Of a stretch of DNA of 51,432 bases, positions 51,342 through 51,432 are shown in pieces. Source of the stretch: Minisyncoccota bacterium (GTDB lineage Bacteria > Patescibacteriota > Minisyncoccia > Phycocordibacterales > GWA1-40-21); assembly GCA_041674925.1 (NCBI GenBank), contig JBAYUW010000005.1, positions 1-51,432 on the forward strand, read 5' to 3'. The notes beneath the pieces were generated by a model. It was not told the DNA's origin, searched no databases, and worked only from the letters and a program-made list of their open reading frames with translations. How positions within the stretch are numbered: the stretch's first letter is position 1; every line of letters begins with the position of its first letter. A program made the position numbers and the translations under genes.

Positions 51342-51432
51342 GTTTTTGATTTTTTCACTCTACTAAATTACAAATGAACGATATGTTGAGAAAATGACTA
51401 CTTTTTTCGAACCACAACTTCTTTTTGTACTA

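Noticed and set aside
1-51432. CRISPR arrays, rRNA genes, integrases or transposases, prophage structural genes, alternative genetic code
   Set aside because: No regularly spaced direct repeats, rRNA-like sequence or recombinase motifs were seen. Long ORFs terminate normally with TAA, TAG and TGA and are not interrupted by in-frame TGA, so the standard code 11 is adequate.

Overview
This is an AT-rich, gene-dense bacterial window. Its style fits a Patescibacteria/CPR-type genome (inference): small divergent housekeeping proteins, a ThrRS without the TGS domain, a free-standing LAGLIDADG endonuclease, and sortase, PKD, CARDB and DUF285 surface proteins.

Core genes:
- Translation and replication: valS (partial), tsaD, three tRNAs (Glu-UUC, Ser-CGA, Val-GAC), rpsU, ybeY, a hisS-like gene, pth, thrS, dnaE.
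- Division and envelope: ftsA, ftsZ, lepB, mscL.
- Other: an M29 aminopeptidase, trxB, cspA.

Functional modules:
- A copper operon with a textbook CsoR operator: csoR, DUF305, copA, HMA-TauE, cupredoxin-like.
- A sortase with a PKD-repeat substrate that carries a VPYTG signal.
- A flavinylation module: FMN-binding protein, ApbE, and an RnfD/NqrB-like membrane domain fused to an FNR-like reductase.
- An accessory/defence stretch at 29.4-45.0 kb: radC, a Phd/RelE pair, a Zn-ribbon ORF, a type III R-M island, an orphan MazF-like toxin and a Pif1-like helicase.

Observations worth following up:
1. The type III R-M is a tightly coupled five-gene operon. mod and res are separated by a ParB-like protein, a second Dam-type methylase and a membrane protein. 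The roughly 7.8 kb island is bracketed by near-identical 32-nt hairpin direct repeats.
2. About nine GC-rich islets sit in the AT-rich backbone. Each is a self-contained cassette with a strong GGAGG-type SD and a GC-rich hairpin terminator.
3. By contrast, backbone operon-first genes repeatedly show (TGn)TAnnnT boxes 6-8 nt upstream of the start codon, which is a leaderless-mRNA signature.
4. A palindromic CCCTCTCCTT/AAGGAGAGGG element is inserted in frame in dnaE and tsaD and also occurs intergenically.
5. A roughly 125-nt GC-rich element closed by a 14-bp stem, with its own terminator, lies upstream of a small ORF. It is a candidate ncRNA or riboswitch.

No rRNA, CRISPR array, integrase or transposase was recognised. 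All family calls rest on motif recognition by eye and need HMM or BLAST confirmation.
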